Below, one piece after another: positions 45,073-55,800 of a stretch of 64,000 nucleotides of DNA. Source of the stretch: Bugula neritina (taxonomy: Eukaryota > Animalia > Bryozoa); contig OZ037766.1 in assembly GCA_964035545.1 (NCBI GenBank), positions 13,754,722 to 13,818,721 on the forward strand, read 5' to 3'. How positions within the stretch are numbered: the first letter of the stretch is position 1; each line of letters opens with the position of its first letter. Below the pieces are notes generated by a model. That model was not told the origin of the DNA. It ran no database searches and saw only the letters and a program-made list of their open reading frames with translations. A program made the position numbers and the translations under genes.

Positions 45073-45424
45073 TGTAGTAATTTGTGCAATTACTGAGCGT
45101 GAGTTATTTACTTGCGTACAGTTAGCTGGTTATTCTGTTATCAATTACTAGGGTAGCTGTCGAGTAATTATATTTATTATCCACAATAAAGCATAAACCA
45201 AACATCACATCAAATTATCCTATACAAGAGTCAACTACTAACACATGTTACTACTACAAGCCTCCGCTTACAACAACGTGGTATAATGTTAATAACCCGG
45301 GAAGTGTCACGTGAATCGGAAGCATATCTTCCGGAGCTGCTAATTGGTTGCTACATAAGAGTCTAAGTATTCCAAGAGTAGGGAGAGGGCGATTCCTGTA
45401 TTTGTACTTGCACTACTCACTACA
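45073..45424 (-). repeat. 3' LTR of element B
   Basis: Direct repeat of 49986-50337; TGTAGT...ACTACA ends. Confidence 0.97.
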
Positions 45425-45463
45425 CCGTCCCCCCCAGCAGAAAGCCCTACTTTCTGATAACAC
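45425..45463 (-). promoter_or_regulatory. Polypurine tract and conserved hairpin, element B
   Basis: ccgtcccccccagcagaaagccctactttctgataacac, nearly identical to 14258-14297. Confidence 0.85.
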
Positions 45464-45716
45464 AATAAAAAAACACATAATGAAAAACTATACAATAATC
45501 CAAAAAGAAAAACATACATAAGTAAACCCACAAAGAGTAAGAAGAGAAATAGTTAAACACGACAACATTTACATTAGAAGACAACAGGGTGATCGATCAC
45601 ACACATCTAGTCAGCTATTAAGAGAGAGGGTGCTTACCAGCACGCGGGCCAATGTCGGAGCGCTCGTCACATTCCAAACGAGTATCGCTCAACGAAGGTG
45701 CCTACCCCAGGCATTC

Positions 45717-46430
45717 TCATTGGTTGGACTCTGATTCTTGTAGCGACCGTGCTCTGTGTCGAGCCTGTCGGGCCCGTAGCCGCCTCTTCAGTCGCCCCAC
45801 TGAGTCCTTCAACTGGTATAGACCTGTCGTCGTATCCAGCAGGTCAGGGGCAAGTTGTGTGAACTCGGCTTGTAGTCTCATAAGCCGCTCTTCTACGTTA
45901 GCCAGCTGGCTAGGCCTTGGTGGGGTTGTAGTGGTCTCCGTTAGAGGGGATATTGTTGTTTCTTCTACTTCTGGGGTGTTGCTAGGGTTGACGGGGGTAG
46001 GAGGTGGGCCCTGAACCATAGGGGACTTATGGCGGGCAGATAGTAGCAGTACGTGAAACCCTGACATTAGTGCGGCCAGGGTGATAGCCTTCCTGATGAC
46101 TGGCTTGATGGCATCCAGGTATAGGGGGAAACTGTCTTCATCAACAGTGTGGTTCTCTCCGGCGAAGCAGCTTAGCTTATGTACTGTCACGGGATACGGG
46201 TAGACGTCGTGGAACCCGCAGGGACAGAAGTGGAGCAGGAAATGGGCGTCTACATGTAAACGCAGGGAGCGGTGTGACGGGCACTCCTCAAAGCAGACCT
46301 GGCAGGTTCGGTGTGGTCCACTGGGTCCCCAGGCTTCTTCAATTCTCCTCTCTGTCGTGGGTGACACCCAACGGTGTCGTCGGCGGAGCACTACAGGTAT
46401 GCCATTCTCCATTACAGGCTCTTCTTCCAT
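45717..46430 (-). CDS. ORF3 of element B: C2H2 zinc finger, second Cys/His finger and coiled coil
   Basis: CQVCFEECPSHRSLRLHVDAH, FCPCG...H...C, VDEDSFP and LANVEERLMRLQAEFTQL. Frame is open from 46523; first ATG at 46430; candidate splice acceptor ctactctttcag ends at 46484. Confidence 0.82.
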   Translation of the reverse strand: MEEEPVMENGIPVVLRRRHRWVSPTTERRIEEAWGPSGPHRTCQVCFEECPSHRSLRLHVDAHFLLHFCPCGFHDVYPYPVTVHKLSCFAGENHTVDEDSFPLYLDAIKPVIRKAITLAALMSGFHVLLLSARHKSPMVQGPPPTPVNPSNTPEVEETTISPLTETTTTPPRPSQLANVEERLMRLQAEFTQLAPDLLDTTTGLYQLKDSVGRLKRRLRARQARHRARSLQESESNQ

Positions 46431-46792
46431 AGACAGAGAGGTTGGCTGGTCCCGTGACCGGGAGGTGGTCACTCGAGTGTGATCTGAAAGAGTAGCAGTG
46501 TTAAAGATTATACACTGAGGCACCGTCGGCGTGTACAGCCTGACCGGTACTCTGTTCAGTTACACTCGTGAGATTCAGGCTAATGAATAGTTGATGGAGA
46601 ACACACTCGCTATGACAGATTATTTAAAATCAAAGTCGACGTGTATTCCCACCACTGTTTATCATTATCGAATCTCCAGCTAGCTAGTGTAGCTAAGCTG
46701 ACTGATGCAGTCTAGTTATCGTACCAAAAACATAATTAACTCACCCTTCGATCCAGAATAGTAAGACATTTTGGAATGAGAGTGGTAAATGA

Positions 46793-49051
46793 TTACTGTT
46801 TACTGGCACGTCTACTCTCGACTGCATCAACATAGGAAAAGATCGGACAGCGTGGTTGTGAAACGTGACTAGGGCTTTTCACTTCCAGCGGATGAATCTC
46901 GTGTGAGATTCCGCCGAGGCAAAAGTTGAGATTCTCGTGGTGATCACAACTCCCACGGCTCTTTGCCTGTTTTCCCATGCGAGGCCTCTCTAGACTTTTG
47001 TTACTGCCGCTTATACCGCGGTCACGTACACAGTCTCTGAGACACGCTGGAAGTTGCCTAGTGTGTGGTCCTGGTCCTATGTTGGTATCTCCTTGCGGAG
47101 CCCCTCCCACGGGGGGTTTTTGCACTTCCGGACCTGTTTCTGGTTCCGGAAGTGGTGATGATGGCAGGCTTGACGTTGGGGGCGGTGAGCGCACTTTCAA
47201 GGACGGAAGTGGCCTTTCTCGCCTCGCCAAGTCTTCCTGACGTGTCATGGAGGTGTTTCCGGCCAGGTTGACAGTCTCCGCCTGCCGAGACCTTCTCGCA
47301 CAATGCGTCTGCCGCCCCGCTTCACCAGGGAGACGGCTATGCTTGTTGGTCTGGCAGACTTTGCACCGTCTCACTCTGCGTCGGATATCCCGTTCCATGT
47401 TAGGCCAGTACCACCGGAGTTGTAGCTTGGTGACCACCCCTTGGACTCCTCCGTGAGTCTCCTCGTGGGTGTCTTGTATCAGCTTCCGGCGGATGGCAAC
47501 TGGGCAGACAACCCTCTTCCTGGCTGGCTGTCTGCTGTTGGCGGCCAAGGTCATGGTTAGCAGACCATCTGGCCCGACCCGCAGAGAGCTCCAACGTTGA
47601 CAGTACAGCCGTAACTCGGCGCATCCCTGTCGCCGTTGTGTACTACTGGGTCGTCGCCCCTCCTGTTTCGCTCGGTACACGTCGGCTACCACCCCAGGAA
47701 GGCATTCCTGGAGCTTCGGCAGCTCCCTAACGTTACCAGCCCATACAGGTTTGGCGCGGAGGCTCTGGGCAGCCTCCGGGGGCGTGTCAGCCCTCTGTTG
47801 GAGTAGCTGAGCAGGGGCGGTCCTCGCCGCCCGTGGTACCTCACGGCAGCCTGCTTTATTTAGGCGGGCTCCGTGGTCTGTGTGGCTGAACGCCTCACTG
47901 TACCCATGTGGCAACCTAGCCATAGCCTGGCGCTTCCCGTTGCCTGTGCAGCCACGCGTCCCTGGAGGAGGGGAGGCGTGGGTTGGGACGGTCCTCCGCC
48001 CTCGAGACGAGCTCTGCTGAGGACCTTCCGTCGTAGCTCCCGACGACGGCCCAATGGCTTCCTCCTGGACAGGATGGAAGCGACCCAGCATGGATCTGGG
48101 TGGTAGGTCTACTGTCTCTGAGAAGGGGTTGACACACTGCACTGAGATCTCTCCTTGTCCCGTAAGCCGGCTAAAGCTATGGGCAAGTTGGACTCTCGAG
48201 TGCGTACTTTCGACAACTCCCAACTTAGAGGTTTGGCCACCGTCTACCTTGCAGCGGACGGTAGCCCGGGAGTGGCCTGGTATAGTACAGCTCCGTACTA
48301 CCTGCACTGCTCCCGCTAGAGGACGACCAAACTTATCGACACAAGCGAGCTCCTTGTCGCCCATGATCATCGCAGATTTACTGAAATCGATGCGACAACC
48401 GTGTCGTTGTAAGAATGGCATCCCGAGGATAGCATCCTCGTTGAGCTGCCCGACGATAAACGTCTCTTGGATGGCCTGGTTACGGACGTAACCAGTTAGC
48501 TCAATAATGCCGTAGAAGGGAATGCAGGACCCGTCTGCCAGGGTGCCATGATCCCCCTCATACGGTGCCAACCTGTCCTTGACCTTAGCGCTGAGGGTGT
48601 CAAAGAACTGACGGCTAAGGAGGTTGGTGGTGCAGCCTGAGTCCAGGAGGAAGTTGGCAGGCTTGCCGGCTAGCTTTCCTGGTAGGAAGTAGCTACTTCC
48701 GTGTGGCTGCAATTGTGTGTGCCGTGGTTGCACCTCCCTCGCTGTGGGTCGAGGGGTCCACGGTTGGCGGCGACTATTGACCAGCTGCCGAGGTTGGGGC
48801 GGTACGCCTTGCGGCGCCTGTACCGTTTCCCTCGCAGGCTCTGTGGTCAACCGTCTGCCGGCTCCGTGTTGGTGCCGGAGTGGCGTAGAGGACCCAGGTG
48901 GCGAGTGGCTGGAGCCTACTCGCCGCGGGGGTCGCCACTTCACAGCATCTCCGCGCGGCGCCCAGCGGGGCGACAGACGCGCGGGCCTCCCTGGGTAATT
49001 CACAGACGGCCCGCAGGAGGTGGGAACATCTGCGGGCCGTGGTAGTTTAAC
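46793..49051 (-). CDS. Internally deleted pol frame of element B (protease, RH-IN linker, integrase HHCC domain, C-terminal tail), probably reached by a -1 frameshift
   Basis: LLDSG...AILGMPFL protease; no YLDD, no RNase H and no DDE core; THEETH...CKVC retained; open throughout and in the -1 frame relative to gag. Confidence 0.9.
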   Translation of the reverse strand, partial: VKLPRPADVPTSCGPSVNYPGRPARLSPRWAPRGDAVKWRPPRRVGSSHSPPGSSTPLRHQHGAGRRLTTEPARETVQAPQGVPPQPRQLVNSRRQPWTPRPTAREVQPRHTQLQPHGSSYFLPGKLAGKPANFLLDSGCTTNLLSRQFFDTLSAKVKDRLAPYEGDHGTLADGSCIPFYGIIELTGYVRNQAIQETFIVGQLNEDAILGMPFLQRHGCRIDFSKSAMIMGDKELACVDKFGRPLAGAVQVVRSCTIPGHSRATVRCKVDGGQTSKLGVVESTHSRVQLAHSFSRLTGQGEISVQCVNPFSETVDLPPRSMLGRFHPVQEEAIGPSSGATTEGPQQSSSRGRRTVPTHASPPPGTRGCTGNGKRQAMARLPHGYSEAFSHTDHGARLNKAGCREVPRAARTAPAQLLQQRADTPPEAAQSLRAKPVWAGNVRELPKLQECLPGVVADVYRAKQEGRRPSSTQRRQGCAELRLYCQRWSSLRVGPDGLLTMTLAANSRQPARKRVVCPVAIRRKLIQDTHEETHGGVQGVVTKLQLRWYWPNMERDIRRRVRRCKVCQTNKHSRLPGEAGRQTHCARRSRQAETVNLAGNTSMTRQEDLARRERPLPSLKVRSPPPTSSLPSSPLPEPETGPEVQKPPVGGAPQGDTNIGPGPHTRQLPACLRDCVRDRGISGSNKSLERPRMGKQAKSRGSCDHHENLNFCLGGISHEIHPLEVKSPSHVSQPRCPIFSYVDAVESRRASKQ

Positions 49052-49950
49052 CCTTGTGGGAGCTGAGGGCAGTCTTTCTGGAAATGTCCTGGCCTTCCGC
49101 ATTCCCAGCAGAAGTGGTGCCCCATGCCTGGTGATTGTACCTGCGGCCCGCTAGGCTCACGGGCAGTATCTACCTGGCTTGGGGAAGCTAATGTGGTGAC
49201 CAGTTTATCTAGCATGTCAGTCATCTGTGAGATTTTTGACGCTAGTGACATCTGGTTCACATTAGCCACCGCGGAGGGTTCCGCGTCTAATTCGGCGTGA
49301 GCAGTAGAGTGCTCCGTGGTCACCTGGCGGGAGGCCACGCGGTTGCGGTGCATATGAGTCGCCAAGAGGTAGGCTTCTCCCACCGCAAGTGCATCTTCGA
49401 CTGTGGTGACTCCCCTCGCTTGGAGTTGATGGTGGAGCCCCAAGTCGTTGATGGACTGCACGAAGGCATCATAAGTATACCTCTCACGGTGTACCGGAGG
49501 CAGATCGCGGAATGCAATCTGCGCTAGTGGGTACACCGTGGCAGCGTGCTCTTCTAGTGACGTGTGAGGATCACGCCGCATCCTCTGTAGACGGGCCCGC
49601 GCATCTATGGGAGAGATGCCAAAACGGGCCCGCAGGGAAGCAAAGATTCCGTCTATGTCAGGTCCCGCTCCGTACGGCTTAGCTTTGCCCGTCAGCGCCA
49701 TCCTGAGCTTTAGCAACGCCACCCTTGGCGGCCATTTTGCAATCTCCATCACATCCTGGAATTCTTGGATAAACTGCTCCACTGCTTCTTCGCCGGTGAA
49801 GGTGGGTGCCTTCAGCCGGTATCTATTTTCACCATGCTCTCTAAGAATTCTCACTTCTTCATCTAACACCACTGGTTCCACCGGTATATCAACATTATCT
49901 CTCTCACCTTCATTCAGTGGAATGGGTAGCTCCGTGCCGTCTTCTGCCAT
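49000..49950 (-). CDS. Gag of element B (capsid and CCHC nucleocapsid)
   Basis: Capsid region aligns with the element A N-terminus (FTG.E..EQF.QEF, WPPRV.L.KLRMALTG.AKPYG, LRARFG); CWECGRPGHFQKDC knuckle; ATG at 49950. Confidence 0.93.
   Translation of the reverse strand: MAEDGTELPIPLNEGERDNVDIPVEPVVLDEEVRILREHGENRYRLKAPTFTGEEAVEQFIQEFQDVMEIAKWPPRVALLKLRMALTGKAKPYGAGPDIDGIFASLRARFGISPIDARARLQRMRRDPHTSLEEHAATVYPLAQIAFRDLPPVHRERYTYDAFVQSINDLGLHHQLQARGVTTVEDALAVGEAYLLATHMHRNRVASRQVTTEHSTAHAELDAEPSAVANVNQMSLASKISQMTDMLDKLVTTLASPSQVDTAREPSGPQVQSPGMGHHFCWECGRPGHFQKDCPQLPQGLNYHGPQMFPPPAGRL
49006..49051 (-). promoter_or_regulatory. Putative -1 programmed ribosomal frameshift signal
   Basis: G_TTA_AAC in the gag frame (49051-49045), followed 4 nt later by a perfect 11-bp stem ACGGCCCGCAG / CTGCGGGCCGT with a 13-nt loop, inside the gag/pol overlap. 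Confidence 0.75.
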
Positions 49951-49966
49951 GACTGCTATACGCAAG

Positions 49967-49984
49967 ATCCCACCGCTGCCACCA
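49967..49984 (-). promoter_or_regulatory. Primer-binding site, tRNA-Leu, element B
   Basis: The - strand reads TGGTGGCAGCGGTGGGAT one nt after the 5' LTR. Confidence 0.88.
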
Positions 49985-49985
49985 C

Positions 49986-50337
49986 TGTAGTAATTTGTGC
50001 AATTACTGAGCGTGAGTTATTTACTTGCGTACAGTTAGCTGGTTATTCTGTTATCAATTACTAGGGTAGCTGTCGAGTAATTATATTTATTATCCACAAT
50101 AAAGCATAAACCAAACATCACATCAAATTATCCTATACAAGAGTCAACTACTAACACATGTTACTACTACAAGCCTCCGCTTACAACAACGTGGTATAAT
50201 GTTAATAACCCGGGAAGTGTCACGTGAATCGGAAGCATATCTTCCGGAGCTGCTAATTGGTTGCTACATAAGAGTCTAAGTATTCCAAGAGTAGGGAGAG
50301 GGCGATTCCTGTATTTGTACTTGCACTACTCACTACA
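49986..50337 (-). repeat. 5' LTR of element B
   Basis: Direct repeat of 45073-45424. Confidence 0.97.
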
Positions 50338-52416
50338 CTATTCTACACGAGTCATGCACAGTGTGGAATGTGGAATATCATATCATTCTCCCTGCTAACA
50401 CGCATATTGTTTTAGATTCTTGCTACTACACCATTCTTGATGTTTTGCTTCCTAATAAGCACAATAACCACCAGTCAAAAGAGTTAACCACATTTGACCA
50501 AGTAATGAAAAAGAAGGAATTTCTGCAGAGCTCATACAGCTAACTGATATTTGAAATACCACAACAAAGAATTATTAATTATCTTAATGTTCATGTCAGT
50601 GGGACTCTTAATATCGGAATACAGAGAGCAATGTCTTTTTCAAGAAGTAAATGCAACAAAGTGATGACACAATGTGTTGACACCACGTATTATCATAGTT
50701 ACAAAATGAAGCAGAATTAAAATTCAGTAGAAAAATATGCTAGTTAACAATCACCTGTAATAGCATGGGTATGGGAGCTGTGAACAAAATTATGTTTAAT
50801 GAATCGTAGAATACTTATATCAAAAGACCGAAGAGATATTTGTCAAGCCATTTTATTTTGGTAACAAAGCATCACAGAAGTTTGGATAAAATAAGTCAAC
50901 ATTATATTATAGTCATTATTCTTATTGACTACAGACACTATTCTGCTCATACAGTAATCACAAAACAATGCTAAATAAGATATTTAATAACTAGCCAATA
51001 ATTTGTTATTACTAAAATAATATAATGCTGGAAATCAATATGGCTGCAATGTAAACAAAGTCAATTGGCTCTTATTAAATTATATTTCATTGGCAAGAAG
51101 ATACAATTGTGAATGACAGCACTTGTAAAGAGCAGTACTGCTCAATAATTATTTCTACTCTCTTGGAATGTATTTATTTAATTATGTAGCCTATATAATC
51201 TTGACAATGTCATATTATAATTTTCATAAAGTGTACAAGTTTATTGTGTGCACAGAATGAAATTTCATCAAAATTTGTAAAATGGTACAGGGAGAGCAAT
51301 TAGTATAATGAATATATAGGATTTTATATATTGCTGTTTTTATTTTTCACTTTCAACAATGGTGACCTAAATAAATATAAGAAAAAGCTGCTATAATAGT
51401 GTAGTTGTGGCACCTTTTTATCTAGATTTTATACTCTATGAATGATAGAGTTTTGTTGTATTAACTTTATTATAGGAGGTGATGCAATGTATTATAATAT
51501 ATTTATATTAACATGCCTGTGTCTATAACTTGATATGCGATATCATCTATTATGCTTATAAGTTATATCTAATATGATCTAGTATTTAAAACAAAACAAA
51601 AAAAAAACAAAAATGTACTTGAACAAATCATTGGTTTTTATCCAATAGCTGTAAAACAAAATATCAGTTAAAACAAATAGTGTTAATATGACTGACTCAT
51701 ATTAAGTTGGTAGAAAGTTACCCAAAAGTTGATAACTTTTCATGAACTACCTTGCCTTTTTCAGCATTATATACAATTAATGCAATTATACTCAGTTATA
51801 TATGACGTCAAAATTGACCCAATTTCTCTGCTAAAAAAGTTATCAATTTAAAATTACAGAGTTTATAGAAATAATGAGCATTTTACATAAAATATTATAT
51901 ATTGCTTATTTCTCTGAAATACTTTGGTTTTCTGTAGTCTCTCTCGTCCTATTTATTGACATGGACAATGTGGAATGTTGCTAATCATTGAAAAGCCTTT
52001 ACCCAATGCTTTCTAGCTCCCAAAAAAAGTTGCTGGTTAGCAGCTGCACTCTGTGATTTAGCTGTAAAGGGCATCTCTTGAATAAAACCCAAAAATGTGG
52101 ATAGTACAGTAGTCAAATGCATGTATGTATCAAGCATTTTGATCCTTACTCATTGCCACTTAATTAAGTTCTCTCTTTTTTCACAGTAATGCAGTGAGTT
52201 TTACACTGTAGGTTCCTTTTCTTGTATCTTCAAGTTCAAATAGCCATTTTACATGTAAATGAATTGCAAAAACACTACAAGTAGTGCCTGCTTAAAAACT
52301 TGCTAGCTGTCAAGCTTTATAATGAGTATAACGTCATAACTAGATGGCATTGGACTAGGACACGGAGTGATGGCTAAGGGTTAAAGGGCATAATATATTC
52401 GGCTGGATGATGAGTT

Positions 52417-52566
52417 GTTCTATAAGCAGCTCCAAGTTTGAAATGAATAAGTGCAGTAGTCGAAAGTTTTCAAATTTAAAATCAAACCCTTCCTCCCCCA
52501 ACTTCAAACTTGAGAACTTTAAGCTACTGCACTCCTTCACCACTAACTCGGAGCTGCTTATAGAAC
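52417..52566. repeat. 150-bp imperfect palindrome (foldback / MITE-like)
   Basis: 17-bp perfect inverted ends GTTCTATAAGCAGCTCC / GGAGCTGCTTATAGAAC, plus inner pairs gtgcagtag/ctactgcac and ttttcaaatttaaa/ttcaaacttgagaa. Confidence 0.75.
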
Positions 52567-52856
52567 TATTTTATTATATAAACTTATTTTGACAAACTCG
52601 CTGTTTGCTTGCACTAAGACTTAGCGTGTTGGCATTTATTAAAGGCGTCTGGTGTTTTCTTCAGAGTAAATTCCCGTAATATTATTTTTAGTTACACGCA
52701 GATTTTGCGAAGTTATAAAATCTATCTTGTCGCCCAGAAAACCATCGATGCTTTGTCGATAGTATAAATAATTCTTAACCGACAGGTGTGTGCGAGAGAC
52801 GGCACAAGCACTGCTCCCAGCGCATCAGACTCAATTGTCATGTGCATGTCACTGTG

Positions 52857-55800
52857 ATGTTTTCTCATGCAACACCTCACGCTAAAAGTTCCAAGAAGAA
52901 TACGTTTGTACGCAGGAGTAAGTTGTTTAGTATTTGTCATTTACTATTGTATTAAACACTTTTGTTGTCATTATTTTGCACTTGCAGTGTTTTATAGAAG
53001 GATAATCATTGTGAAATTGACTGCTCTTAGTCCTTGTCGGCTACGTCTAGTTCTACGGCATCACCATCATGATCAAATAATCAATATCACTATGACTATC
53101 ACTCAGTATCAGATTTAGTATAATATTATCAAAACATTAACTAAAAGTATAAGCATATAAGTCTATTAGTATTAGTATTACTATTAATATTAGTATTACT
53201 ATTGCTTATACTTATAATTAATATTATTACTAATTACCTATTCAATTGTTTATAGTCATAATTATTACTTCAACTTGTTAGTTGTTAGACTTGGCATTAC
53301 ATTTACTGATTTAGTGATTTACTATTAATGATATTGAGTTTGATACTAGTATCAAATTCAATGACTGTGACACTCACACTGACTATCACTATCAGTATCA
53401 TGCTGTCACTGATACTATCAATGATAGTCATAGTGATTGTTATACAAAATGTTTACTTATACTTATAGTTATAGTCTTATAGTTATAGTCTTATACTTCT
53501 AGTTATACTAATAGTCTAATACTAGTAGTAATATCTACAGTATAACTCTGACTTATACTTAGAGTCGTGGACATGATGTTGTTCAAAATCATATTGATAA
53601 CAAAATTTATGATCATCCATTCAACTTAAAGTGATTTATTGATGTTTATGATTATCATTATGCTTATAGACTATTGCTAGACACTAGTTATACAGTATTA
53701 CTATTGCTAGTACGGGAGGGACAGAAAGAAAGAGTTAACTTTAATCTAAGTGGATAGGCGTTTTCCCACCTAAATTCATTAACCTTGCTGCAGTGTATCT
53801 AAATAATATATATGTTGCTGGCTTTGCAAATAGCCCAAGCACTCCAAATTACCGTTCGCCTCATATATGTTAATTTCTAGACAATATTTGCCATTTTTAG
53901 TTGTGCAGATTTTTTCATTACAATAGATGATATTGGAAGAATCTTAGTGAACTAATTAATTTCTATAATTGCTTAGTTTACTAATTTTAGTTGAACCTCA
54001 CAGATTTATAACTTGCTTATCTCCTGCTCTTTATGCTAGTTATTAAAAGTTTTGAATTTGGGAAACCTGATTTAAATTTTCAAAGTCAGACTACTTATTA
54101 CAAATATTACCTCAACTCCTACAGATTAAAATTGTGAGTTTCACTCATTCAGCAGCATCATATTTCTACCATAAATATTTCAATACTTAGCACTTAATTT
54201 TTGAAAACTGTTCTAGTCACTATGAACCATCTTATCCCACTAATGTATAGAAGTACCTTATCTTAATAACAGTACTGTGAAGTCTTAGCCCGTTTTATTG
54301 CAGCAATACCATGTGATGGCAACATTGTACAGCATAAGTCTGAAATAGTTAGAAAAGATAGAAATGGCAATTATCCACCCAATTTTGTGTAAGTATACAA
54401 GTATGATTTTAAAAGACATAATTTAATATGGTAACCGTTAGAAATGCTGGTACTGCTACCTTTAATTCAATGTGAGAAAATGTTTGGGAACTTGTAAAAA
54501 TTTTGAATTAGCTTAAAATTCAATCTTAGACATTTTTGTTGAAAAAGCCAGCTTTTCTTTATTTAGTTCGAGTTTGAAGTAAATTCCACAACAGATAATT
54601 ATAGAAATATTACAAGTATCTGAAGTATTATAGCTTACATAATAGTGAAATTTGATAACCACTGGGGTCTTATAAACTCAGCTTTTTCAGGCAGTTGCAC
54701 TGCTTTTTGTTTGTGTATAGCAGTAGCTTTGAATGATTTGGCAACTGGTCATTACATTACTAACCCTGCTGGTTCCAAGTTGAACTTAGTTTTATATTAT
54801 ATTCCATGCGTGAGTTATGTTTTCTTTTTACTGCAGGAAGCAACCAGTTTTTGTAAGGCGGGCCTCTCAGCAAAGAAACTCTGAACCTTATACAGCTAAC
54901 CATGTTCAACTTGTGGATTACCTGTGGCGAAGTAAGTAAATTTGCTAGGAATTTTAGTCCAAGTTAATAATTTCCTACAAATTTCTGGGGTATATTTGAT
55001 TTTTTTACAATTTCATTAACAGTTAAACTGTGTTTACTTTTTGTGATATTGTTGTTTGCAGCTTGGCAAAATGCCTCAAGAGGTTTTGATAAGCAAGCTC
55101 AGAACTCAGCACTTTCAGGTATGCGTTATATATTATGGTAGCGGATATAAATAATAACTATTATGTACAATGGTAGTGCTTTATAGAGGTTGTGTCCATT
55201 ACTGAACGCTTGTGAATTGTAAGCAGTTATTTGTCATATGTATGAAGGACAACAGACAACTAAAAAATGTTTTTTTTGATGCTCTTATTAATACATTTTG
55301 TTTTGTAAGTTATGCAGACCTGAGTCCATTAATTTTGATTAAATTTTCAGCTCATAGTTCTATTTGATTTTTAGGGTTAGAAGTTACTAAATCTTTAGAA
55401 AAAGATATTAACCCGGTATTAAAAGGTAAGCATACTTTTGTTTTTGCTACAGTACATTTTTGTACAGTTTTCAAATCTTAGTTCTCATCTAAAATAATAT
55501 GCTGCTATATAGAAGGCTATTGCCAAAGGTCTTTGGGTTTAATATTTTATCTAAAATTGGAGTTGCTACAAATTGTCTATCAATTAATCACAATACAAAA
55601 ACATTGTTACTTATCAACTTGTGTAAATCAACCCCTTGATATTTACATATCTTTTCTTGAATTCTAGTTTTTTTTCTTAAACAAGCTTCAAATCAAGCAT
55701 GTGTATTATTTTGTTGGAAAATCTTTCACCCTTTAATCGGCATTGCTAAATTAGTTTCACATAGCCAACCTTTAATGTTGCCACGTGTTGAATCTCATCA

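Larger units (their letters stand above)
45073..50337 (-). mobile_element. Ty3/Gypsy LTR retrotransposon 'B' (5265 bp), non-autonomous: gag, protease, deleted pol and zinc-finger ORF3
   Basis: 352-bp LTRs with no visible differences; 4-bp TSD CTAT (45069-45072, 50338-50341); tRNA-Leu PBS; PPT; proteins collinear with element A but without RT/RH/IN core. Confidence 0.97.

Noticed and set aside
45652-49990. Antisense and alternate-frame ORFs inside element B
   Set aside because: Shadows of gag, pol and ORF3.
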